Sequence record: SRR31156797_177
Direction: 5' to 3' (one strand)
DNA: 38,648 bases
Shown: piece by piece, positions 31,233 to 38,648 of the stretch
How the letters are laid out: every line of letters begins with the position of its first letter
Position numbering within the stretch: position 1 is the first letter of the stretch
Program-made: the position numbers and the translations under genes
Notes under the pieces: model-generated
Told to the model about the DNA's origin: nothing
Databases searched by the model: none
The model's input: the letters and a program-made list of their open reading frames with translations, nothing else

Positions 31233-32279
31233 TTAGTTGTTTTCCGGACGAAGTTTACGAACAGCATTACCCGCCTGCCACATTTCACTTTCACGAAGTT
31301 CTTTCAACTCGTCTTCCAATTTAACACGATAGTCTTCCTGACTGTTTGAATCAATTGAACGCTGAGCTTCATTTCCTGCTGCCACTTCCTTATACAATTT
31401 ATCAAAAACTGGCTTGGTTGCATCGCGGAAAGGCTTCCACCAATCCAATGCGCCGCGTTGTGCAGTAGTTGAAGTATTCGCATACATCCAGTCCATACCA
31501 TTTTCAGCAACCAAAGGCATCAAACTTTGAGTTAACTCTTCAACCGTTTCGTTGAAAGCTTCAGAAGGAGAGTGACCATTGGCACGAAGCACCTCATACT
31601 GAGCAGCAAAAATTCCCTGGATACATCCCATTAAAGTTCCACGCTCACCAGTAAGATCAGAATACACTTCTCTCTTGAAAGTGGTTTCGAAAAGATAACC
31701 TGAACCAACACCAATACCCAAAGCAACAACTCTATCGAATGCTTTTCCTGTTGCATCCTGGAAAATTGCATAGGATGAATTCAAACCTCTTCCTTCCAGG
31801 AACATTCTTCTCAAACTGGTTCCTGATCCTTTTGGAGCAACTAAAATCACATCCACATCATCTGGAGGAACAATTCCTGTGCGCTCCTTGTAAGTGATAC
31901 CAAATCCGTGAGAGAAATACAATGCTTTACCCGGCTTCAAATATTTCTTAACCGTTGGCCAAACTGCAATCTGACCTGCATCCGACAATAAATATTGAAT
32001 AATCGTAGCTTTATCCAGAGCTTCCTCAATTTCGAAAAGAGTTTCACCTGGAACCCAACCATCAGCTACTGCTTTATCCCATGTTTTTGAATCTTTACGC
32101 TGACCAACGATTACATTGAAACCATTGTCTTTTAAATTTAAGGATTGACCTGGTCCCTGAACACCATAACCAATAACTGCAATAACTTCATCTTTTAATA
32201 CTTCACGAGCTTTTTCCAATGGAAATTCTTCACGAGTTACTACCTGTTCTTCTGTGCCGCCAAAGTTTATTGTTGCCAT
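31233..32279 (-). CDS. ilvC: Ketol-acid reductoisomerase (Bacteroidetes type)
   Basis: IGYGVQG, FSHGF, VAPKGSG, SDLTGERG and EAFNETVEE motifs. Confidence 0.95.
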   Translation of the reverse strand: MATINFGGTEEQVVTREEFPLEKAREVLKDEVIAVIGYGVQGPGQSLNLKDNGFNVIVGQRKDSKTWDKAVADGWVPGETLFEIEEALDKATIIQYLLSDAGQIAVWPTVKKYLKPGKALYFSHGFGITYKERTGIVPPDDVDVILVAPKGSGTSLRRMFLEGRGLNSSYAIFQDATGKAFDRVVALGIGVGSGYLFETTFKREVYSDLTGERGTLMGCIQGIFAAQYEVLRANGHSPSEAFNETVEELTQSLMPLVAENGMDWMYANTSTTAQRGALDWWKPFRDATKPVFDKLYKEVAAGNEAQRSIDSNSQEDYRVKLEDELKELRESEMWQAGNAVRKLRPENN

Positions 32280-32328
32280 TTCTTTAATTTTTTATTTTGG
32301 TTAAATATTATTAGATATTGTCTTTATT

Positions 32329-32844
32329 TTAGTGAGTTAACTCTTTGAGATAACTGGTAAATTCTTTCTGTTGACAGGATACTGCAACCCTACCCGAACG
32401 TGCAAATTGCAATACTCCAAACTGTTCCAGTTCATTAAACAATTCCTGATTTTCTGCTTTATATCCTACCTTTTCAATCACTAAAAATTCTGGTTGAACC
32501 GTTAGAATTTTTGCATTCTGCTTTCTCATTAAAGCCTCCAGATTCCCATTTAATGTAGGAGAATTCGCAATTTTAAATAGTGCAACCTCTTGATGAACAA
32601 TTTGATCTGCTTCGAAATAAAAGGCTTTAAATACGCCAATAATTTTTTCGATTTGACGCACTACATTTTCAACTCTATGGTCATCCATAAATGCCACAAT
32701 GGTATATCTAAATACGCCCTTTACTTCTGATTCGGAAACTGTTAAACTTTCGATATTTATTTTTCTTCGCGAGAAAACTATGGTTACCTCATTCAAAAGG
32801 CCTATATCATTTTCTGAAAAAATTGTTACTGTATATTCTCTCAT
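32329..32844 (-). CDS. ilvN: Acetolactate synthase small regulatory subunit
   Basis: ACT domain with FSRRKINIESL; C-terminal FARSGRVA. Confidence 0.92.
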   Translation of the reverse strand: MREYTVTIFSENDIGLLNEVTIVFSRRKINIESLTVSESEVKGVFRYTIVAFMDDHRVENVVRQIEKIIGVFKAFYFEADQIVHQEVALFKIANSPTLNGNLEALMRKQNAKILTVQPEFLVIEKVGYKAENQELFNELEQFGVLQFARSGRVAVSCQQKEFTSYLKELTH

Positions 32845-32892
32845 GTCTTTATTTTATTAGTCTCAATGATCTACTTCCTGTTTTACACAATT

Positions 32893-34638
32893 TTACTCTA
32901 ATCTCATATCAGATACTGCTGCTCCTGGTGCAATCATCGGAAGTACGTTACTTTCCGTTTCAACCACCACCTCAAGGAAATAAGCTCCCGGAGTTTCCAG
33001 CATTTCTTTAATTGCGGCTTGTAAATCATCTCTCTCGCTTACACGCTTGGCTTTAATTCCATAACCTTCAACAATCTTTACAAAATCAGGATTGTCCATT
33101 TGTGTGTAAGAAAATCGTTGATCGAAAAACAGATCCTGCCACTGACGAACCATTCCTAAAAATGAGTTATTCAAAACAATCGATTTAACAGGTAATTTGT
33201 ATTGACGAATTACAGCCAATTCCTGAATTGTCATTTGAAAACCACCATCTCCTGATACCGATACTACTGTAGATTCCGGTGCTGCGATTTGTGCTCCAAT
33301 AGCCGCTGGCAAACCAAATCCCATAGTTCCTAATCCTCCTGATGTTACCTGTGTATTTGGATTTTTAAACTTGTAATATCGAGCACTTGTCATTTGATGC
33401 TGACCTACATCGGTACACAAAATTGCTTCCCCATTGGTTGCTTCTGATAAGCCATCGATTACCTCAGCCATGTTGATATTATCGCGAGTAGAATGCGTCT
33501 GATTCTTAATTACTTTATCGTATTCCAACTGATAGTAATTCGAAAAAGATTGCATCCACTCTTTTCTTTCACCTCCATTTACCAACTTGTTCAAGTCAGT
33601 TAATGCTTGTTTGGCATCTGCCAAAACCGGGACATCAACCCGAATATTTTTATTGTGTTCCGATTTATCGATATCAACATGAACAATCTTTGCCTGCTTT
33701 GCATATTTCGATGTATCACCAGTAACACGATCATCGAAACGCATACCAATAGCAATCAAAACATCACACTCGTTGGTGTTCATATTAGGACCATAATTGC
33801 CATGCATTCCCAACATTCCAACATACAATGGATGATTGGTAGGAAACGCCGATAAGCCCAATAGTGTACAAGCAACCGGAGTTTGTGTTTTTTCAGCGAA
33901 CTCCATCAATTCCTTCTCAGCTCCCGATAATAAAATTCCTTGTCCTGCTAAAATCAATGGCTTTTTTGCTGCGTTGATCAATTCAACTGCCGCCTCTATT
34001 TCCGATTGATTTACCTTTGGTACTGGCTGATATGAACGAATCCCTTCACACTTTTTATACTCGTAATCTGCTTCTGCAATTTGAGCATCCTTTGTAATGT
34101 CAATCAACACCGGACCCGGTCGACCTGATCTTGCGATGTAAAAAGCCTTAGCCATCACTTCAGCGATTTCTTCAGACTTGGTAATTTGATAATTCCATTT
34201 GGTTACAGGCATGGAAAGACCCACCATGTTTGTTTCCTGAAAGGCATCGGTTCCCAGCAAACCACTTGCTACCTGACCTGTAATTACAACCATAGGTGTT
34301 GAATCCAAATATGCATCTGCCAAACCTGTAATTAGGTTGGTTGCTCCAGGACCTGAGGTGGTAAAACACACACCAGGTTTCTTTGTAATTCGTGCGTATG
34401 CCTGTGCACTATGAGTAGCACCTTGTTCATGTCTCGACATGTAATGCTTCAATTCTTCCTGATAGTCATACAATGCATCGTATACAGGCATTATCGCCCC
34501 ACCAATGTATCCAAACATTGTATCAACACCTTCCTGAATCAGGCTTCGAACCAATATTTCTGCTCCTGAAATTCTTTCACCGGTATCATTCATTCCTTTT
34601 ATATTTTCGGTTTTTGCTGCTGTTTCCATGTTGTTCAT
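32893..34638 (-). CDS. ilvB: Acetolactate synthase large subunit
   Basis: RHEQGA, TSGPGATN, GMLGMHG, RFDDRVTG, DVGQHQM, GDGGFQM and GMVRQWQ motifs; exact start uncertain. Confidence 0.95.
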   Translation of the reverse strand: MNNMETAAKTENIKGMNDTGERISGAEILVRSLIQEGVDTMFGYIGGAIMPVYDALYDYQEELKHYMSRHEQGATHSAQAYARITKKPGVCFTTSGPGATNLITGLADAYLDSTPMVVITGQVASGLLGTDAFQETNMVGLSMPVTKWNYQITKSEEIAEVMAKAFYIARSGRPGPVLIDITKDAQIAEADYEYKKCEGIRSYQPVPKVNQSEIEAAVELINAAKKPLILAGQGILLSGAEKELMEFAEKTQTPVACTLLGLSAFPTNHPLYVGMLGMHGNYGPNMNTNECDVLIAIGMRFDDRVTGDTSKYAKQAKIVHVDIDKSEHNKNIRVDVPVLADAKQALTDLNKLVNGGERKEWMQSFSNYYQLEYDKVIKNQTHSTRDNINMAEVIDGLSEATNGEAILCTDVGQHQMTSARYYKFKNPNTQVTSGGLGTMGFGLPAAIGAQIAAPESTVVSVSGDGGFQMTIQELAVIRQYKLPVKSIVLNNSFLGMVRQWQDLFFDQRFSYTQMDNPDFVKIVEGYGIKAKRVSERDDLQAAIKEMLETPGAYFLEVVVETESNVLPMIAPGAAVSDMRLE

Positions 34639-34652
34639 TTTTGCTGTTTGCT

Positions 34653-36488
34653 TTACAATTGTCGAATAGCTCCTTTATCTGCTGATGAAACCAGTTTTGA
34701 ATAAGCCTGTAGTGCTTTTGAGACTTCTCTTCCTCTACCTCTTGGGGTAAAAGCTCTATCTCCAAAACTGAGTTCTTCTGCTCTCCTGCTTTCCAGTTCT
34801 TCCTCCGAAATACAGATATTAAGTGTTCGATTTGGAATGCTAATTTCAATTTCATCTCCCTCTTTTATCAGAGCAATTGCTCCTCCTGCTCCTGCTTCCG
34901 GCGATACATGTCCTATCGATAATCCTGAGGTTCCGCCTGAAAATCTTCCATCGGTAATCAGAGCACATTTGGCTCCCAATCCCATTGATTTCAGATAAGA
35001 AGTTGGATAGAGCATCTCTTGCATTCCCGGTCCTCCTGAAGGTCCTTCGTAGCGAATGACCACCACATCACCAGCATTAATTTGCTTGGTCAAAATTGCT
35101 TCACATGCATCTCGCTGAGACTGATATACTTTAGCTGTTCCTTTAAAATTGAAGACTTCTTCAGCCACACCTGCTGTCTTCACAACGCATCCATCAGGAG
35201 CGATATTTCCGAACAATACAGCCAATCCACCATCCTGAGTGTAGGCATTCTCCATGCTTCGGATACATCCATTTTTTCTGTCCTGATCCAAATCTGCATA
35301 CACCTCATTCTGTGAGGCAAAACTTAGGTTTCTGCCTTTTCTTCCTGGTGCCGAATAGTAATTCGCCAAAGCCTTATCCGAAACTTTTTCTGATCTAAGA
35401 TTGTTTTCTTCCAATGCTATTTTCAGGCTTGGATAATCCACACGATAAACATCTGTATTCAGTAATCCGCCATCTGCCAGTTCACCAAGAATACTCATGA
35501 TGCCTCCTGCATGATTTACATCTTCTATGTAATATTTTTCTGAATTCGGTGCCACTTTGCACAAGTTTGGAGTCTTGCGTGACAACAGATCCATATCTTT
35601 CATTGTAAAATCAACTCCTGCTTCATGAGCAATTGCCAATAGATGAAGAACCGTATTAGTCGATCCTCCCATAGCAATATCCAATGTCATCGCATTTTCG
35701 AATGCTTCAAACGTAGCTATGGATCTTGGCAAAACACTATCATCTCCATCTCTGTAATATCTGTTGGTGATGTTTACAATGCATTCTGCAGCATCCAAAA
35801 ACAATTGCTTGCGATTTTTGTGAGTAGCCAATACTGTTCCATTTCCTGGCAGTGCCAAACCCAATGCTTCATTCAAACAATTCATTGAATTAGCAGTAAA
35901 CATTCCCGAACAGGATCCGCAAGTTGGACATGCCGACTCTTCGATTTCCTGCATGCGTTCATCACTCACGCTATCATCACCAGCCTTTACCATGGCATCA
36001 ACCAAATCAAGCTTTTCACCTTTCGATTCACCTGCTTCCATAGGACCGCCCGATACAAAAACAGCAGGGATATTCAAACGCATTGCTGCCATCATCATTC
36101 CTGGTGTAATCTTATCACAATTCGAAATGCAAATCATTGCATCTACTTTGTGTCCATTGCAAACATATTCAACACTATCAGCGATCACATCTCGAGACGG
36201 CAAGGAGTACAACATTCCGTCGTGTCCCATGGCAATGCCATCATCTATTGCAATGGTGTTGAATTCAGCAGCAAAAAATCCAGCTTTTTCGATCTCCTTT
36301 TTCATCATTTGCCCTACATCCTTCAAATGAACATGCCCTGGCACAAACTGTGAGAAAGAGTTCACTACCGCGATAACCGGCTTCCCGAACATCTCCTCTT
36401 TCATACCATTGGCACGCCACAGACTGCGGGCTCCAGCCATTCGTCTACCTTGTGTGGTTTGATTGCTACGTAGTTGATTTTTATACAT
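34653..36488 (-). CDS. ilvD: Dihydroxy-acid dehydratase
   Basis: [38 protein letters not shown] and TDGRFSG motifs. Confidence 0.96.
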   Translation of the reverse strand: MYKNQLRSNQTTQGRRMAGARSLWRANGMKEEMFGKPVIAVVNSFSQFVPGHVHLKDVGQMMKKEIEKAGFFAAEFNTIAIDDGIAMGHDGMLYSLPSRDVIADSVEYVCNGHKVDAMICISNCDKITPGMMMAAMRLNIPAVFVSGGPMEAGESKGEKLDLVDAMVKAGDDSVSDERMQEIEESACPTCGSCSGMFTANSMNCLNEALGLALPGNGTVLATHKNRKQLFLDAAECIVNITNRYYRDGDDSVLPRSIATFEAFENAMTLDIAMGGSTNTVLHLLAIAHEAGVDFTMKDMDLLSRKTPNLCKVAPNSEKYYIEDVNHAGGIMSILGELADGGLLNTDVYRVDYPSLKIALEENNLRSEKVSDKALANYYSAPGRKGRNLSFASQNEVYADLDQDRKNGCIRSMENAYTQDGGLAVLFGNIAPDGCVVKTAGVAEEVFNFKGTAKVYQSQRDACEAILTKQINAGDVVVIRYEGPSGGPGMQEMLYPTSYLKSMGLGAKCALITDGRFSGGTSGLSIGHVSPEAGAGGAIALIKEGDEIEISIPNRTLNICISEEELESRRAEELSFGDRAFTPRGRGREVSKALQAYSKLVSSADKGAIRQL

Positions 36489-36537
36489 TTTGGTTAATTC
36501 GTTAAATAGTTATTTTGTGTTTGTCTTCATTTTGAGC

Positions 36538-36569
36538 AAAAAAAACGCTCTTCCGTTTCGGGAAGAGCG
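36538..36569 (-). terminator. Proximal ilvD attenuator terminator
   Basis: Minus-strand RNA CGCUCUUCC-CGAAAC-GGAAGAGCG followed by U8, 49 nt before the ilvD ATG. Confidence 0.9.
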
Positions 36570-36593
36570 CTCATAATTTCGTTTGATTCGAAG

Positions 36594-36683
36594 TTATTGT
36601 GTGTGCACGTCTTCCCTGATCCTCATTAGAATAATGACGATAGAAATAATAATGACGATAATGACTACGTTAAATGATAACAT
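36594..36683 (-). CDS. Proximal ilv leader peptide: MLSFNVVIIVIIISIVIILMRIREDVHTQ
   Basis: Manual translation: 29 aa with 9 Ile, 5 Val, 2 Leu; GGGAAGA in the leader is complementary to UCUUCCC of the downstream terminator. Confidence 0.88.
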   Translation of the reverse strand: MLSFNVVIIVIIISIVIILMRIREDVHTQ

Positions 36684-36696
36684 ACAATAACCTGAT

Positions 36697-36730
36697 AAAA
36701 AGAAAGCCTCTTCGTTTCGGAAGAGGCTTT
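36697..36730 (-). terminator. Distal ilvD attenuator terminator
   Basis: Minus-strand RNA AAAGCCUCUUC-CGAAAC-GAAGAGGC followed by UUUCUUUUU. Confidence 0.9.
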
Positions 36731-36769
36731 GATATTTTGTAAAACTAATTTCGTTTAATTTAAATATGC

Positions 36770-36838
36770 TCAACCTCGATTCGTGTCCAGAAGGACGCGA
36801 ATAATGACGTTAATAATAATGACTGTATTAAATTGCAT
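36770..36838 (-). CDS. Distal ilv leader peptide: MQFNTVIIINVIIRVLLDTNRG
   Basis: Manual translation: 22 aa with 5 Ile, 3 Val, 2 Leu; its 3' end GAGGUUGA can pair with UCAA(AG)CCUC at the terminator 5' arm. Confidence 0.85.
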   Translation of the reverse strand: MQFNTVIIINVIIRVLLDTNRG

Positions 36839-36933
36839 ATCTTTTTTTACTTGTTCGAATCTTTAAAGATTCGTTTTGTTTTTAACTTTGTCAACGAACA
36901 TTTACAATCTTTCTTTCGATCTGATTACGTTGA

Positions 36934-36979
36934 CAAATCTATGTGACAAATGTATGTGAAAAAATCTTCTTTTTCCAAA
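36934..36979 (-). promoter_or_regulatory. Bacteroidetes housekeeping promoter for the ilv operon
   Basis: TTTG (36979-36976), 21-nt spacer, TACATTTG (36954-36947); a second TAGATTTG at 36941-36934. Confidence 0.65.
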
Positions 36980-37177
36980 TCTTACGATTCCCAATTGTCC
37001 TTTTTCACTAATATTTCTTCTAAATAAAAAATACAACACATTGATTTACTGTGCTTTTTATTTTTAAATGTTTTTTATTAAAATGTAAGCTTCAATTCCG
37101 AAATAATGTGAAAAGATATTTTATGCAAAGCTTTGCATCAATTGATCTGAGACAAATTATTTCCCTTACATCGCCTT

Positions 37178-37218
37178 AAAAAAAGAAAGGTTATTGAAAT
37201 TTTGTTATCAACAACCTT
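37178..37218 (-). terminator. Terminator of the YtxH/holin-like/hypothetical unit
   Basis: Minus-strand RNA AAGGUUGUUGA/UCAAUAACCUU stem followed by UCUUUUUUU. Confidence 0.7.
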
Positions 37219-37292
37219 CATTTTTATTAAATCTTTTACTCAATGTTTTTAAATGATAACCTCACTGCTCAAATTATAATATTCATGGAAAT

Positions 37293-37496
37293 TTAAGTTT
37301 TGGGTTTCTTCCGAATTAATCCTCCAATTAGCCTCCCCACCCAATTACCTATACTTTCTTGAAATAGGTTTTCAATGCTATAATTCGTTTTAGCATTACG
37401 AAAAAAATATTTCAATTTGTACCCAGCCAACTCCTTTTCAAGATATAAGCGATACCTCTCTCTTTCAATATCTTTCAGCGAATAAAATCGTTTCAT
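37293..37496 (-). CDS. Small hypothetical protein
   Basis: 67-aa ATG ORF in line with the two upstream genes and followed by a terminator. Confidence 0.65.
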   Translation of the reverse strand: MKRFYSLKDIERERYRLYLEKELAGYKLKYFFRNAKTNYSIENLFQESIGNWVGRLIGGLIRKKPKT

Positions 37497-37588
37497 ATAG
37501 AATCTTCTTTTACAGAATCCTGTAGTAATTATTAATGTCTAAAATAATTATCTCGTAAATGTAATGTTCGAATCAATTGAATTCAGCT

Positions 37589-37951
37589 TTATTTACTTTT
37601 TCTCTCCTCCTCTTTGTATAGTAATTGATAGAAGATTTTGATTAAAGGGCGCTCAATCAATGGTTTCTTAAGCAAGTAAACCAATAGTAACAAAAGCAGA
37701 TAAAAGAAAGCTACGCATAGATAACCAACTGGTTCATTTTCCAACAAATTGCCTAACCATATTGCTAAAGCAAAACCGAAAAGTAGTAAAGCTAATATCA
37801 ACAGTACGAAAACTACTGCAATAAACGTCATGGCTACGACGAGTCGTATTAATTTTTCGAAACCGGCAAACTTATAATATTCAACATTCGAGTCAAAATA
37901 CTCAATTAGTAATTCTTTCAATTGCGTGAATTGTTCGGCGAGCTTTTCCAA
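37589..37951 (-). CDS. Two-TM membrane protein resembling the 'phage holin family' (YqjE-like)
   Basis: Amphipathic N-terminus, two long hydrophobic helices, basic C-terminus; follows the YtxH gene; TTG start. Confidence 0.65.
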   Translation of the reverse strand: MEKLAEQFTQLKELLIEYFDSNVEYYKFAGFEKLIRLVVAMTFIAVVFVLLILALLLFGFALAIWLGNLLENEPVGYLCVAFFYLLLLLLVYLLKKPLIERPLIKIFYQLLYKEEERKSK

Positions 37952-38021
37952 TACTTTTTGATTTAGTAAACTGATTCTTTAACAATCTAATTCCAGTAAT
38001 AAGCAGTCGTCAAAAAGAAGG

Positions 38022-38288
38022 TTAAACCACCTCCTCTTCTTTTGTCTCTTTTCTTCTGAAGTCTTCTAATTTCTTCTCTAACTCCACAATTAATTCGTCC
38101 ATTTTAACCCGCATTTTCTCCATATTTTTATCGAAAGCGGCATCCATTTCCTCAACCTTTTCTTTTGCTTTCGCCTTCACTTTCTTACGAGTTACCTCCC
38201 CTTTATCAGGAGCGTATAAAACACCTAATCCAACTCCAATTGCACAACCAGCTAAAAAACCTGCAATAATTCCTCCTGTACTTGACAT
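38022..38288 (-). CDS. YtxH domain-containing protein
   Basis: GFLAGCAIGVGLGVLYAPDKGEVTRKK signature followed by a charged coiled coil. Confidence 0.9.
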   Translation of the reverse strand: MSSTGGIIAGFLAGCAIGVGLGVLYAPDKGEVTRKKVKAKAKEKVEEMDAAFDKNMEKMRVKMDELIVELEKKLEDFRRKETKEEEVV

Positions 38289-38648
38289 AGTATATGATTT
38301 TTTAATGAAACAATAAATCGATCACAATAATCTGATGTATAACACCTTACATAAAGTTAAGGAATTTTACTTCAGCAGTCAATTTTTTCATTGCCCGGCA
38401 ATCACTTTATTTTAAAAAGGGAATATTTCAATTCTTTGGACGCCTAGAAGCTAGTTAATCAAAAATAAGATATTATTAAATCCATGATGATATTTACAAG
38501 TATCTACAATAACATTTTCCACTTAGGTAGCTAAGCTACTCTACCACTAACATCAGTATTACCAACAAAATCTTATTTATTCCTTGTAATTGAGCAAACA
38601 CAATTAAATTAAAACAATGAATCCTCTTATTATTAATAATAAGAGGAT

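Noticed and set aside
968-36353. Other short ORFs in the track nested in or antisense to long genes (e.g. 4248-4526, 20274-20468, 22379-22573, 35953-36330)
   Set aside because: Shadow frames of well-supported genes; the similarity of 20274 and 22379 simply mirrors the paralogous peptidases
36594-36838. Leaders read as small hydrophobic toxins or membrane peptides (type I TA-like)
   Set aside because: The hydrophobic residues are almost only Ile/Val/Leu, the products of the downstream operon, and each ORF is coupled to a terminator/antiterminator; attenuation explains this better
36538-36838. T-box riboswitch or mini-CRISPR reading of the repeated hairpins
   Set aside because: No T-box consensus seen; only two imperfect repeats with U-tracts and no cas genes
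37589-37951. Prophage remnant suggested by the holin-like protein
   Set aside because: No other phage genes; the YtxH-adjacent context fits a chromosomal membrane-protein unit

Overview
AT-rich Bacteroidetes chromosome segment; gene style suggests a marine Marinifilaceae-like organism (inference). Left part: partial M16 zinc protease, a NfeD-like/flotillin pair, a tricorn-type S41 protease, and a compact alpha-glucan PUL (susR-like, susC, susD, susE/F-like, GH97). Middle: a tldD-pmbA pair in which TldD carries a Tat signal, and two tandem S9A prolyl-oligopeptidase paralogs with non-canonical S1-pocket residues. Right part: a branched-chain amino acid cluster on the minus strand (ilvD-ilvB-ilvN-ilvC, then leuA-leuC-leuD-cimA-leuB-ilvA) and a YtxH/holin-like/hypothetical trio. 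The most notable unannotated structure is three short leader-peptide attenuators missing from the ORF track. Two lie in tandem upstream of ilvD (Ile/Val-rich leaders, each with its own terminator). A third, Ile+Leu-rich, lies upstream of leuA. I also see a 77-bp-spaced direct repeat upstream of susC and 7-nt-periodic intergenic elements in the leu operon. No rRNA, tRNA, CRISPR array or mobile element was recognised.
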